64,000 nucleotides of DNA. Origin: Gammaproteobacteria bacterium (lineage in GTDB: Bacteria > Pseudomonadota > Gammaproteobacteria > SZUA-229). The stretch is taken from contig JAGXGK010000025.1 of assembly GCA_024636785.1 (NCBI GenBank), positions 83,476 to 147,475 of the forward strand. The letters are read 5' to 3'. Below the pieces are notes generated by a model. It was not told the DNA's origin. It saw only the letters and a list, made by a program, of their open reading frames with translations, and searched no databases. Below, piece by piece: positions 30,712 through 40,556 of the stretch. Position 1 is the stretch's first letter. Each line of letters starts with the position of its first letter. A program made the translations under genes and the position numbers.

Positions 30712-31365
30712 TTACTGGTTTTGTTTGGAGTTGCGCAGGCCCTGTTCGACTGCGATTACGGCGGCTTCCACCCGCGAATGGATGCCCAGTTTACGAAGAA
30801 TGGCTTTGACATGGAGTTTGACCGTGCCGTCAGAAATGCCGAGATTGCGGGCGATCAGTTTGTTGCTTTGACCCTCTGCGAGTAGGCATAATATTTCATG
30901 TTCGCGCGGAGTGAGGGTGGAGAAGGGGCCATCGGTATCCTTGATATTGGTCTCGCCCTGAACCATTCGGGCGAGCGCGTCGGTGAGATCGTGAGCGACC
31001 ACATTCTTGCCTTTTTTGATATCGCGCAATGCTCCTACCAGTTCGTCGGGTTCCATGTCTTTTAACAGATAACCCTGAGCGCCGGTGCGCAGTGATTTGA
31101 TCAGATCGGCTTCATCGTTGCTGGTGGTCAGCATCACCACGGGGGTTAAGGGATGTTTGCTACGCAGTATCGGCAGCACTTCCAGCCCGCCCATTTCCGG
31201 CATGCGCAGGTCGAGCAGAATAATGTCCGGCTTAAGCTGTTCCGCCAGTTCGATGCCCTCGGCACCGTGTGCGGCAGCGCCGACCACTTCAATGTTTCGC
31301 TGTTCCAGCAGGCCTTTCAGGCCGACGCGGAACAGGGCATGATCATCAATAATTAAAACGCGCAT
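30712..31365 (-). CDS. NarL/FixJ-family response regulator (REC + LuxR-type HTH)
   Basis: MRVLIIDDH..IILLDLRMPEMGG, and the HTH LTPREHEILCLLAEGQSNKLIARNLGISDGTVKLHV. Confidence 0.9.
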   Translation of the reverse strand: MRVLIIDDHALFRVGLKGLLEQRNIEVVGAAAHGAEGIELAEQLKPDIILLDLRMPEMGGLEVLPILRSKHPLTPVVMLTTSNDEADLIKSLRTGAQGYLLKDMEPDELVGALRDIKKGKNVVAHDLTDALARMVQGETNIKDTDGPFSTLTPREHEILCLLAEGQSNKLIARNLGISDGTVKLHVKAILRKLGIHSRVEAAVIAVEQGLRNSKQNQ

Positions 31366-31419
31366 AATCTGATAATTAAGTCTATGGGTTGAAGTTTAAA
31401 TAGCAGAGCGAGTTCGAAT

Positions 31420-32571
31420 TTATTCGGCCTGTTCTCTGAGATAACGGAATTTTAATTCTATGCGGGTGCCTTCTTCCGGCTCGCTTTCAATTCTTAACTG
31501 GCCACCCAGATGGCGGGCGCGTTCCTGCATAATTGTGAGCCCAAGGTGCTGGCCGTCTTTGCTTTTTATCGCCTTCTTATCAAAACCCCTGCCGTCGTTT
31601 TCTACCAGTATGCGGAAACGGCCGTGGTTATCACAGTTCAGCAGCACTCGAACGATATGCGCATTAGAGTGTTTTTTTATATTAGTCAGTGCTTCCTGCA
31701 CAATACGGTAGATATTCATTTCCATATTTGCCGGCATATCAGGGTCCTGACATTCGCATTGTAGCAGGATATGAATGCCGGTTTCTTCCCTGAATTTCGA
31801 GACGACGCGTTCAATGGAGGGGATCAGGCCCTGTTGCTCGATAGAGCCACGGCAGTGCGCGATGAGTTCGCGTAAATCGGTATAGGCTTCTTCCAGGCCG
31901 TGCTCAACCTGTTCCAGGCTGGTAATGGCCATGTAATCACTGGTGGGCTGTAAGGACTGGTCGAGCACGCGTACCTGAAAACGCAATGAGGCCAGTGTTT
32001 GCGCCAGAGAGTCATGCAGCTCATTGGCGATCATGTTGCGCTCTTCCTGAATCAGTTTTTGCCGGGCGACGTTATCCAGACGGTGCTTTTCGATGGCGAG
32101 GCCGAAATGCTGACCGACAGCCAGCAGCATCAATGCCGTTTCTTCATCAAGATGCAGCTGACCGGCAGGCACAAATATATTGAGTACGCCCAGAGTGTGG
32201 CCACGATGGCGCACCGGGACTGAAATCATTTCAGCGTTTTTATCGTCGATTAAAGTGCCGGCCGGGCTGCGTCGAACCTCTTTGATAGACTGGTTCTCAT
32301 AAACGAACAGGGAGCGCTCAATCGGCGTATGTTGAAGATCCGAAATCTGTTCCTTGCTCATGCCGTAATCAGCGTAGAGATCCATCCAGCCTTCTTCGGA
32401 CATCAGGCGGATGATCGCGGCTGAGCCGGACAGCTTTCGGGTGATATATTTGAGTGAACCCGCACAGGGCGGACTATTGATGTCAGCGGCATTAATGATG
32501 GAGCTGAGTTCATAGAGAGTGGTGAGTGTCGGCAGGGACCATTCGCGGCTGCCGGCAACTGAGTCAGTCAT
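31420..32571 (-). CDS. cytoplasmic GAF-domain sensor histidine kinase (HisKA_3/NarX-type)
   Basis: No TM segment. GAF-like N-terminal half, H-box ANELHDSLAQTL, and HATPase motifs ENDGRGFD and GLTIMQERA. Confidence 0.85.
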   Translation of the reverse strand: MTDSVAGSREWSLPTLTTLYELSSIINAADINSPPCAGSLKYITRKLSGSAAIIRLMSEEGWMDLYADYGMSKEQISDLQHTPIERSLFVYENQSIKEVRRSPAGTLIDDKNAEMISVPVRHRGHTLGVLNIFVPAGQLHLDEETALMLLAVGQHFGLAIEKHRLDNVARQKLIQEERNMIANELHDSLAQTLASLRFQVRVLDQSLQPTSDYMAITSLEQVEHGLEEAYTDLRELIAHCRGSIEQQGLIPSIERVVSKFREETGIHILLQCECQDPDMPANMEMNIYRIVQEALTNIKKHSNAHIVRVLLNCDNHGRFRILVENDGRGFDKKAIKSKDGQHLGLTIMQERARHLGGQLRIESEPEEGTRIELKFRYLREQAE

Positions 32572-32616
32572 GCGTCAGCTCCCGCTTAGTTCGATAAGCT
32601 ATTTTGATCATCTATC

Positions 32617-32931
32617 TCAGTCAGCAGCGGGTGGCGTATAACTCGGGTCGTTAGGGTTCATGAAAATAAATTGCCGTTTACCGGACTCAAGTTCAACAAA
32701 GTCCAGAGTGGTGCCCTGAAGCAGCACGCCGCTCAGCGGGGAGACGATGATTTTAACGCCTTCTGAGGTAACCGCGATATCGTCTTCCTTGTTGTCATCA
32801 AAACCAAGGCCGTAATGAAGGCTGCCATCTTCATTTTTGGTTGCGGCGATACGCAACGGCAGGTCTTTTGCATTACCCTGCTGTGCGGAGAGTCGAATTT
32901 GTTTGGCAGCTTCGGGGGTTATTGTAATCAT
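32617..32931 (-). CDS. dsrR: IscA/HesB-like protein without cysteines (DsrR)
   Basis: Started at MITITPEAAKQI. A-type-carrier-like fold pattern with zero Cys, positioned directly after dsrN as in the Allochromatium vinosum dsr operon. Confidence 0.75.
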   Translation of the reverse strand: MITITPEAAKQIRLSAQQGNAKDLPLRIAATKNEDGSLHYGLGFDDNKEDDIAVTSEGVKIIVSPLSGVLLQGTTLDFVELESGKRQFIFMNPNDPSYTPPAAD

Positions 32932-32944
32932 AAATATAAGGGCT

Positions 32945-34342
32945 TCATGTTGATGGGGTTGCTGTTTTCTGCTGGCGGATAAAATCGACAAAGCGTTTGG
33001 TCCAGCGATTTTTGCTGCTGGTGCGCTGGTGTGTGTAACAGGCTAGCAGGTTTTTATATACATAGCCGTCGTTTTTACCGTTGATGCCGGTTCCGCGTAC
33101 AACTTCAAAGGCAAATCTAGCATTATTATCGAGATTTTCAAAACGCGAATAATGAAATTCATGCGCCGCGATGATCTCATCGGATTTTGATGACCATAAG
33201 CCCCCGGCTGTTTCCTGGAGACGGACATAACCGCGACCCTGTGGTTTTGTCTCCATAACGATGTCGCCGGGGATGATGCCGACCATGTTGCTTTTCTGAT
33301 CCTGCCAACGAATTGAACGTGCCAGATACATCAGACCACCGCATTCAGCGTACACTGGAAGGCCGTTTTCAATGGCCTCATGGATGGCCTGTCGCATCGG
33401 CTGATTGGCTTCGAGCGCCTGTAGATGGGTTTCGGGGAAACCGCCGCCGATAAACAGGCCGTCAATCTCAGGCAGCTCGGTATCAATAATATTATCTATA
33501 TTAACCAGTTCAGCCCCAGCCAGTTCCAGCGCGATGAGATCATCGGGATAGTAGAAACAGAAGGCGGTATTGCGGATGATGCCAATGCGAATATCCCGGG
33601 TGGCAGGTGGTACCGGCATGGGCGGAAGAGGGCGCTGCAGGGGTGGCGCATGGTTAGCGATTTCGATGACACTGTCGATATCAACCTGATCGATAATGGC
33701 CTGTTTTAACAGATCAATTTTATGCTCGGAGTGGGGATCTTCATGACTGGGCAAAAGGCCAAGGTGGCGCTCATCGATATCAAAACGGGCATCTTTATGG
33801 ATAGCGCCGACCACCTGCACGTCGGTGTAGTGTTCGATGACGCGGCGCAGTTTCTCTTCATGACGGGAGCCGCCCAGCTGATTGAGAATCACTCCCCTGA
33901 TGTTGATGTCGCGATCAAAGGCCTGATAACCCAGAATCAGCGGGGCGATGCCGCGGGTCACGCCGCGCGCGTCAAGCACCAGAATAACCGGCGTTTGTGT
34001 TAGTTTCGCCAGCGCAGCATTGCTGTTACTGCCATCAAGGTCCAGACCGTCGTAAAGGCCTTTGTTGCCCTCAATCAGGCTGATATCCGCATCAGCAGAG
34101 TGCAGGGCAATGGTGTCCAGAATCTCATCCGGCGTCATGGTGTAGAAATCAAGATTAAAACAGTGCCGGGGAGCCGCATGATAGCTGCTGGCTCGGGCCA
34201 GCCATTGCGGGTCAATGTAATCGGGACCTTTTTTGAAAGGCTGGACGATTTTCCCTGTCTGACTCAATGCCGCGCACAGGCCAATGCTGACCGTGGTTTT
34301 ACCGGATGACTTATGCGCTGCAGAAATGAATAAACGACTCAC
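32945..34342 (-). CDS. dsrN: cobyrinate a,c-diamide synthase-like amidase (siroheme amidation, DsrN)
   Basis: P-loop AAHKSSGKTTVSIGL and the glutamine amidotransferase motif YAECGGLMYL. Confidence 0.85.
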   Translation of the reverse strand: MSRLFISAAHKSSGKTTVSIGLCAALSQTGKIVQPFKKGPDYIDPQWLARASSYHAAPRHCFNLDFYTMTPDEILDTIALHSADADISLIEGNKGLYDGLDLDGSNSNAALAKLTQTPVILVLDARGVTRGIAPLILGYQAFDRDINIRGVILNQLGGSRHEEKLRRVIEHYTDVQVVGAIHKDARFDIDERHLGLLPSHEDPHSEHKIDLLKQAIIDQVDIDSVIEIANHAPPLQRPLPPMPVPPATRDIRIGIIRNTAFCFYYPDDLIALELAGAELVNIDNIIDTELPEIDGLFIGGGFPETHLQALEANQPMRQAIHEAIENGLPVYAECGGLMYLARSIRWQDQKSNMVGIIPGDIVMETKPQGRGYVRLQETAGGLWSSKSDEIIAAHEFHYSRFENLDNNARFAFEVVRGTGINGKNDGYVYKNLLACYTHQRTSSKNRWTKRFVDFIRQQKTATPST

Positions 34343-34407
34343 CTGTTACCCCTGGTCGTTCGAGAGCCATTGGCTCTGATATCGATCAGAGCCAATGGTC
34401 GTGGAAT

Positions 34408-35613
34408 TTATTTGCTGGCGTGGGGATCAGCAAAAGAGTCTGAGAGAGAAACCGGCAGGAATCTTAAGACTTTGATAGCGAAGATCAGTAGTAACAGTGA
34501 CACTGCTACACCGCTCAGGCCCAGCATAATTTCGGGCAGAGAGGGCGAGTACTGGCTGACTGCACCAAAGTATGTATTGCTGACTTCGTAACCCGGGAAG
34601 ATCTCCATCGGATAGGCCTGACCGCCGATAATGATGACATATAGCTGGCACAGGCCACCAATAATAATCAGCGCACTGGCTACGCCCAGCGTATTGCGGC
34701 TGGTTTTAAGGGAAGGGGCGTAGATCAGCGCCAGAGGCAGAAGACCGCCCAGAAAAACCTGCCCAATCCAGAACAGGTTGGTGTAAATGCCGCCGTTAGC
34801 AAGAATGAACGCCTCTACACCATGGTGTTGAGAGATATACAGATTAGTCAGGTGGTAGATGGCAGTGAGGAAAAGCGTTGCCGCCACAAATACACCCAGC
34901 AGTGACCTCAGGCGGGCGACAACAGCATCACCCAGTTCACGGCCGGTCCAGTTGTAGGACGCCATCAGCACCAGAAGGAAGATCGCCAGACCAAAAGCGA
35001 ACGACATGATGATGAACATGGGAGCCATAATAGCCGCGTCATAAGCGGAACGCGCCACCAGGAAACCGAAGATGGAGCCGGTACCGGTGGTGAGCACGAG
35101 GCGCCATACAAATGCAGCCAGGCCGACTTTTTTCTTAAACTTGTACATGTTGTGATCCATCATCATCCAGATGTAGGCGCCCACAATGGCGAAGAAACCG
35201 GTGTACAGAATAATGTTCCAGGCAAAGATCGATTTGAAATTGTAGGTCGTAATCGCCACAATCAGGCGGTCAGGGCGGCCCAGATCGAGCAATAATACTA
35301 CCAGGCCACCGGCCAGCAGGGCTATCGCCAGTAAGGCCGACAGACGCGACAATGGGTCATAGATTTTTTTGCCGAACACCGAGGCGATCGAGGCGACGTT
35401 GAGGGCACCTGAAGCGGCCACAATCAGGAAAACAGCGAATACATGGGGCATGCCCCAGACGATATGATTGGTCATGCCGGTAACATAATGACCGTTATGC
35501 TCCATGTACCAGGTAGCAATCAGTCCCAGCAGTATCATGAAGCCAAGGCCTGCCAGCAGGCCGTAGTAGGCAATACTTTGACCTTTTATTTTTGTGTATT
35601 CGATCTTTTTCAT
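34408..35613 (-). CDS. dsrP: NrfD/PsrC-like integral membrane protein DsrP
   Basis: 401 aa with about 10 TM helices, positioned after dsrO. Confidence 0.87.
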   Translation of the reverse strand: MKKIEYTKIKGQSIAYYGLLAGLGFMILLGLIATWYMEHNGHYVTGMTNHIVWGMPHVFAVFLIVAASGALNVASIASVFGKKIYDPLSRLSALLAIALLAGGLVVLLLDLGRPDRLIVAITTYNFKSIFAWNIILYTGFFAIVGAYIWMMMDHNMYKFKKKVGLAAFVWRLVLTTGTGSIFGFLVARSAYDAAIMAPMFIIMSFAFGLAIFLLVLMASYNWTGRELGDAVVARLRSLLGVFVAATLFLTAIYHLTNLYISQHHGVEAFILANGGIYTNLFWIGQVFLGGLLPLALIYAPSLKTSRNTLGVASALIIIGGLCQLYVIIIGGQAYPMEIFPGYEVSNTYFGAVSQYSPSLPEIMLGLSGVAVSLLLLIFAIKVLRFLPVSLSDSFADPHASK

Positions 35614-35652
35614 CTGTTTATTGACTCAGTTGATGATTTAAAGGCGATGGAC

Positions 35653-36399
35653 TCAAAGTCCCTGGTAACGAACGCCGGTATTGAGGTTCAGGTCTGCACG
35701 AATCTGTTTGCCACCGTGTTTCTTCATCTCTCTGGAAATCTCACTATCGGGGTCATTGAGATCACCAAAAAACATGGCATTGTGATTGTCTGCGGTGCAG
35801 GCTTCCACGCAAGCGGGAATGTCACCATTATCAACACGGTGCACACACATAGTGCACGACTCAACAGTGCCCTTACCACGAGGCGCACTCAAAGTCTGAT
35901 TTTCGATGGCTTCATGCACAAAAGAACGTGCCTTGTAAGGGCAGGCCATCATGCAATAACGGCAGCCGATGCAGATATGCTTGTCCACCAGCACAATGCC
36001 ATCAACACGTTTGAAGGATGCGCCGGTCGGGCAGACATCCACACAGGGTGGACTTTCGCAATGCTGACACAGCATAGGCAGAGAGGTTTCATGTTTGGTC
36101 TGCTTTTCGACCAGTGTAACCTTGCGGATATATTGAGTCTTCTGTGCCTCAGAAGATTTTGGCATACTGCCGATTAAATCAAACTCCTCATTACAGGCAT
36201 CAACACAACCGGTACAGCTTTTGGCGCATTTGTTGGTGTCGATCAGCATACCCCAGCGGGTGTCGCTGCTGACAGCCTGGTCATCGGGTTTAGCGTGAGC
36301 TGTCTGATGCAGCAGCACACCCGGTGCCAGCGTAATGCTGCCGGCAATGGCCGCTTTAGACAGGAAATTACGTCTTGAATCGTTAATTTGGTCAGACAT
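35653..36399 (-). CDS. dsrO: periplasmic 4x[4Fe-4S] ferredoxin-like protein DsrO (Tat signal)
   Basis: SRRNFLSKAAIAG twin-arginine motif and several CxxCxxCxxxCP clusters. Its start overlaps the dsrJ stop by 1 nt (TAATG). Confidence 0.9.
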   Translation of the reverse strand: MSDQINDSRRNFLSKAAIAGSITLAPGVLLHQTAHAKPDDQAVSSDTRWGMLIDTNKCAKSCTGCVDACNEEFDLIGSMPKSSEAQKTQYIRKVTLVEKQTKHETSLPMLCQHCESPPCVDVCPTGASFKRVDGIVLVDKHICIGCRYCMMACPYKARSFVHEAIENQTLSAPRGKGTVESCTMCVHRVDNGDIPACVEACTADNHNAMFFGDLNDPDSEISREMKKHGGKQIRADLNLNTGVRYQGL

Positions 36400-36872
36400 T
36401 AGTGTGCCCCCATCTCTTTAGCCATGAGCACTTCATTGAGCTGTTGCTGAAGTGCATGCGGCTGAGAATTACGTTTAATGAACTTTTGCGGGCGATCTGC
36501 ATGGCATCCAAAGCAGTCGATCTGAACAGCCGCATATTCATGGCAGGCGTTGCAGAAGTGCTCCTTATCATCATGAGCAGGCACGACACCCTGTTCGTTG
36601 GGCTGTACATGACAATCTATACAGTTGGCTAAGCTATGCTTTTCGGTTCGAATACCTTCATACACCGTTTTATCACGCTGATGCAGAAGGTAGTTCATGT
36701 GGTTACGGCGGATGTCATCCACCGGTTCAACGCATTTAACCCCTTCACCTTCAGGAAGAGAAATTGAAGGGAGGGGGGTATCCGCCATTCCCTGTAAAGG
36801 GAATAGCAGAATCAATCCGGTGAGGATCAGTGATATACGCAGAAAACGCTTAGTCATAGTATCAGCCATCAT
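36399..36872 (-). CDS. dsrJ: periplasmic triheme cytochrome c DsrJ
   Basis: Signal/anchor sequence MTKRFLRISLILTGLILLF and three CxxCH sites (CIDCH, CNACH, CFGCH). The start is trimmed so it does not overlap dsrL; ATG 36857 is also possible. Confidence 0.85.
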   Translation of the reverse strand: MMADTMTKRFLRISLILTGLILLFPLQGMADTPLPSISLPEGEGVKCVEPVDDIRRNHMNYLLHQRDKTVYEGIRTEKHSLANCIDCHVQPNEQGVVPAHDDKEHFCNACHEYAAVQIDCFGCHADRPQKFIKRNSQPHALQQQLNEVLMAKEMGAH

Positions 36873-36895
36873 ACTTCTTGTTATTGATCGAGCAA

Positions 36896-38869
36896 TTAAC
36901 CTTCGCCCAGAGCCATGTCGATGTAACCCGTGGGGCAGACATCGGAACAGATGTGGCAGCCGATACATTTATTGTAGTCTGTGTCAACATAGCGACCGGT
37001 TGTATGCTGGTCTTTATTCACCTTGAAGACAGCATCCTGAGGGCAGTAAATCACGCAGTTATCACATTCGAAACACATGCCACAGCTCATGCAGCGACCG
37101 GCTTCAGCTACAACTGCGTCGTCACTCAGACCAGCCTGACGCTCAACAAAGTGATTCAGCACTTCATCAGAGGAGGGCACATCAGTAGAACGCAAGTTGC
37201 GGGGTGTGTAGCTGAAATGGCCCAGGAACATGTGCTCAGTGGAAATGATTTCCTGATTAGAGCGATCTTCATAGTTGTGAATCGCGTAAGCCTGAGTGTC
37301 GGTGCCGCGCTGTGCATCGTCTTTGTACTGAGCAACGTCATAGGCATCAGTTTGCAGACCGGCTTCTTTCATCTTTTCAGTCAAGCTGAAGTGATGAACG
37401 TCAACTTTGGGTCGTTTGTCGACTTTTTTCTGATTCAAGTAAGCTTCAATGGTGTCGGCCACAATCGAGGCCTGACCAATGGCCGTCGTCAGCAGGTGTG
37501 GACGAACAATATCGCCACATACAAAGTGATTGTCCTTGCCGGGCACGCGGTAGAAATTGTCAGCGTCGATCAGGCCACGGCCGTTATCAAAATCTTCCAG
37601 GCCGCTAAGGTCACCGGTTTGGCCAATGGCCGCAACAATCAGATCTGCTTCAACAATGTACTCTTTGCCGCCTTCGACAGCGACCGGTGCATTATTTACA
37701 AACTGGCTATCGACCAGTTTCAGTGCAGTAGCGCGACCGTTGGCATCTTTAATGATTTCAACCGGCATTACCTCATTCATGATGGTAACGCCTTCGATCA
37801 GTGCGTCCTGGACTTCGTGTTCAGATGCGGTCATGTCTTCCTGCTTGAACAATGCAGTCAGTACCACACTCTCACAGGCCTTCTTCGCTGAAGCATCAAT
37901 GTCGCCATGAGCGCTGGCACCTGTGACAACATCTTCAGGTTTTTCATTGTAATCTTTCAGTGTGCCGATACGGCGGGTAACCGATACCACGTCGATAGAG
38001 GTATCACCACCACCCACACAGATAATCTTGTTGGCGGTGTATTTCATGTCGCCTTTATTGAACTGCTCGAGGAAATCAATCGCAGAAACACAGTTAGGTG
38101 TTTCGTTCCAGCCTTCTACAAACAGACCGCGACCGGATTTACAACCCAGTGCCCATAAAACACCGTCGAACTCTTTTTCCACATCGGCGAGACTGACGTC
38201 TTTGCCTACACGTGTGTTCAGGCGGGTCTCAATGTGACCCATGTCAATAATGCGCTGGCATTCGTTGTCGAGGTAATCACGTGGAGTACGGTAGCCGGGG
38301 ATGCCGTAGCGCATCATGCCGCCGAGTTCGGAATGGTCGTCAAAAATGGTTGAGGCAATGCCTTTACGACGCAGCTGATAGGCAGCCGCCATACCGGCAG
38401 GGCCACCGCCGATGATGGCGATTTTCTTGCCGGTCATTTCAGCGCTGTTGTCGAATTTAAAGCCGCCGGCAAAAGCCGAATCACCAATGTATTGTTCAAC
38501 AGAGTTAATGCCGACAAATTCTTCAACATCGTTACGGTTGCAGCCGGTCTCACAGGGAGCAGGGCAGACACGCCCCATCATCGAAGGGAACGGGTTGGCG
38601 TCTGTCGAACGACGGAAGGCATATTCCTGCATGGAAATGCCTTCTGGCGGAGTTTCGATACCACGAACGATATCCAGATAGCCGCGAATGTCTTCACCGG
38701 AAGGACAGCTACTCTGACAGGGTGGTGTACGGTGAACATATGTAGGGCATTTATGTGATGTATCTTCTTTGAAGATCATGTCAGTAAATGAATCCCAATT
38801 ATTCTTACCTTCTTTAAACATTCTGAAGGTGAAATCTTCTTTTTGCATGTCTTCTTTGGAAGTGGCCAT
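36896..38869 (-). CDS. dsrL: GltD-like NAD(P)H:acceptor oxidoreductase DsrL
   Basis: Nucleotide-binding motifs IAIIGGGPAGMAAA and ICVGGGDTSID. C-terminal clusters CMSCGMCFECDNCVIYCP and CIGCHICSDVCP. Confidence 0.9.
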   Translation of the reverse strand: MATSKEDMQKEDFTFRMFKEGKNNWDSFTDMIFKEDTSHKCPTYVHRTPPCQSSCPSGEDIRGYLDIVRGIETPPEGISMQEYAFRRSTDANPFPSMMGRVCPAPCETGCNRNDVEEFVGINSVEQYIGDSAFAGGFKFDNSAEMTGKKIAIIGGGPAGMAAAYQLRRKGIASTIFDDHSELGGMMRYGIPGYRTPRDYLDNECQRIIDMGHIETRLNTRVGKDVSLADVEKEFDGVLWALGCKSGRGLFVEGWNETPNCVSAIDFLEQFNKGDMKYTANKIICVGGGDTSIDVVSVTRRIGTLKDYNEKPEDVVTGASAHGDIDASAKKACESVVLTALFKQEDMTASEHEVQDALIEGVTIMNEVMPVEIIKDANGRATALKLVDSQFVNNAPVAVEGGKEYIVEADLIVAAIGQTGDLSGLEDFDNGRGLIDADNFYRVPGKDNHFVCGDIVRPHLLTTAIGQASIVADTIEAYLNQKKVDKRPKVDVHHFSLTEKMKEAGLQTDAYDVAQYKDDAQRGTDTQAYAIHNYEDRSNQEIISTEHMFLGHFSYTPRNLRSTDVPSSDEVLNHFVERQAGLSDDAVVAEAGRCMSCGMCFECDNCVIYCPQDAVFKVNKDQHTTGRYVDTDYNKCIGCHICSDVCPTGYIDMALGEG

Positions 38870-38924
38870 GCCAGTTCTCCTATCGCTTCAACCGTTGCCG
38901 GGATTAATTAAATATAAAAGTTGT

Positions 38925-40484
38925 TTATGCAGATTCTTCTGCTTCTTCAGGTTCTTCCGCTTCCTCGCCTTGACCATCGAGAACGATGGCACTGCTAACC
39001 AGCTGATGAACACTGACGATTTGATCCATTGTCATGCCGTAGTAGGGCAAAACTTTGGTAAATTGTGATTTGCAGATGGCACAGATGGCGGCCATATGCG
39101 TTACGCCGTTGTCGGCGATGACGTTTTTCAATGCTTCCATTCTGGGTAGCGCGCCCTTGACGCGTAATTCCATCAGGTCGTCGGTTAATAGACCACCGCC
39201 ACCACCACAACAGAAAGTCTCGTCATGAATAGTGTTGGCAGACATATCATAAAAATTGTTACACACCGCTTTAATTACAGCGCGTGGAGTAGTGAACTGA
39301 CTGCCCACTTCCTCACCGATACGCGAGGCACGGGCAATGTTACAGGAGTCATGAAAAGTCAGTGTCATGTGGTCATTTTCAGACTTATCAATATTCAGTA
39401 TGCCACGATCCAGGCAGTCCTTGGTGAATTCAAGAATGTGCTGGGGAACAGGGTAGTTCTGATCGAGAAAATCCCACGGACCGGCCAGCGTATTCAGATG
39501 GTTGTAGGCGACACGCCAGGCATGACCGCATTCACCAAAAATAATACGTTTCACACCCAGCCTTTTCGCTTCATCGCGAATGCGCAGTGCAATATTACGC
39601 ATAGATTCATAGTTGCCGATGAACAGCCCAAAGTTAGCTGCTTCGGAAGCCTGTGAGCTCAGTGTCCAGCTCACGCCTGCGGCATGAAAGACTTTGGCGT
39701 AACCGATCAGACCATCAACGTGAGGTTCGGCAAAGAAGTCGGCGGAAGGGGTCACCAGCAGAATGTCAGCGCCTTTTTCATCCAGCGGGAAGCGGACTTT
39801 TACGCCGATATCATCTTCCACTTCCTCTTCCAGGCCTTCCAGTGTATCGGCCAGCGCGGCTTCGGGCAGTCCGAGGTTATTGCCGATTTTGTGAACCTTG
39901 GGAATGATCTGATTTGAATATTTCTGACCCATGCCGATGTTGGCCAGAATATCGCGTGCTGCCATAGTGACTTCAGCGGTATCAATACCAAAAGGGCAGA
40001 ACACTGCGCAACGACGGCACTCTGAACACTGGTGGTAATAGCTGTACATTTCTCTGACCGCTTCTTCGGTTAGTTCGGCCGCGCCGACGAAGCCGGGGAA
40101 GCCCAATTTGCCGAAAATTTTTCCGGGAAGCGTAAAGTAACGACGATAAATCTGGCGAATGAGATCCTGACGGGCAACCGGCATATTTTTGGGATCAGCC
40201 GTACCCAGAAAGTAGTGGCATTTGTCGGTGCAGGCGCCGCATTTGACGCAGGTATCCATAAATACCAGCATGGAGCGATATTTACCGAGCTTCTCTTCCA
40301 GTAACTCCAGAAATTTTTCTTTCCAGCCATCAATCAGCTGACCGGGTTCTGCCGGGCTGGGAAAGCCCATGGCTTCCTGAAACTCTACATTGGCTACATA
40401 GGGTGAGCTGTGCGCCATCGCGCCTTCCATAATGGATGGAATGACGGGGAATTCATGCGTTTCTGGTATCTCGTAATCAGCCAT
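38925..40484 (-). CDS. dsrK: HdrD-like Fe-S protein DsrK
   Basis: CVKCGACTDKCH, CSECRRCAVFCP and the CCG-domain motif FCCGGGGG. Confidence 0.92.
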   Translation of the reverse strand: MADYEIPETHEFPVIPSIMEGAMAHSSPYVANVEFQEAMGFPSPAEPGQLIDGWKEKFLELLEEKLGKYRSMLVFMDTCVKCGACTDKCHYFLGTADPKNMPVARQDLIRQIYRRYFTLPGKIFGKLGFPGFVGAAELTEEAVREMYSYYHQCSECRRCAVFCPFGIDTAEVTMAARDILANIGMGQKYSNQIIPKVHKIGNNLGLPEAALADTLEGLEEEVEDDIGVKVRFPLDEKGADILLVTPSADFFAEPHVDGLIGYAKVFHAAGVSWTLSSQASEAANFGLFIGNYESMRNIALRIRDEAKRLGVKRIIFGECGHAWRVAYNHLNTLAGPWDFLDQNYPVPQHILEFTKDCLDRGILNIDKSENDHMTLTFHDSCNIARASRIGEEVGSQFTTPRAVIKAVCNNFYDMSANTIHDETFCCGGGGGLLTDDLMELRVKGALPRMEALKNVIADNGVTHMAAICAICKSQFTKVLPYYGMTMDQIVSVHQLVSSAIVLDGQGEEAEEPEEAEESA

Positions 40485-40556
40485 TCTTGTTTCTCAGCTT
40501 TTTATAGTTGCAGTTACTTCTGTTTAAACTTACTAATAATCGCAGTAATAAATCAA

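Noticed and set aside
35443-36177. 244-aa plus-strand ORF spanning the dsrP/dsrO junction
   Set aside because: It is antisense to two well-supported genes and crosses their intergenic gap. Shadow ORF.
36878-37891. 337-aa plus-strand ORF inside dsrL
   Set aside because: It is antisense to dsrL, whose nucleotide-binding and Fe-S motifs are unambiguous. No RBS and no recognisable domain.
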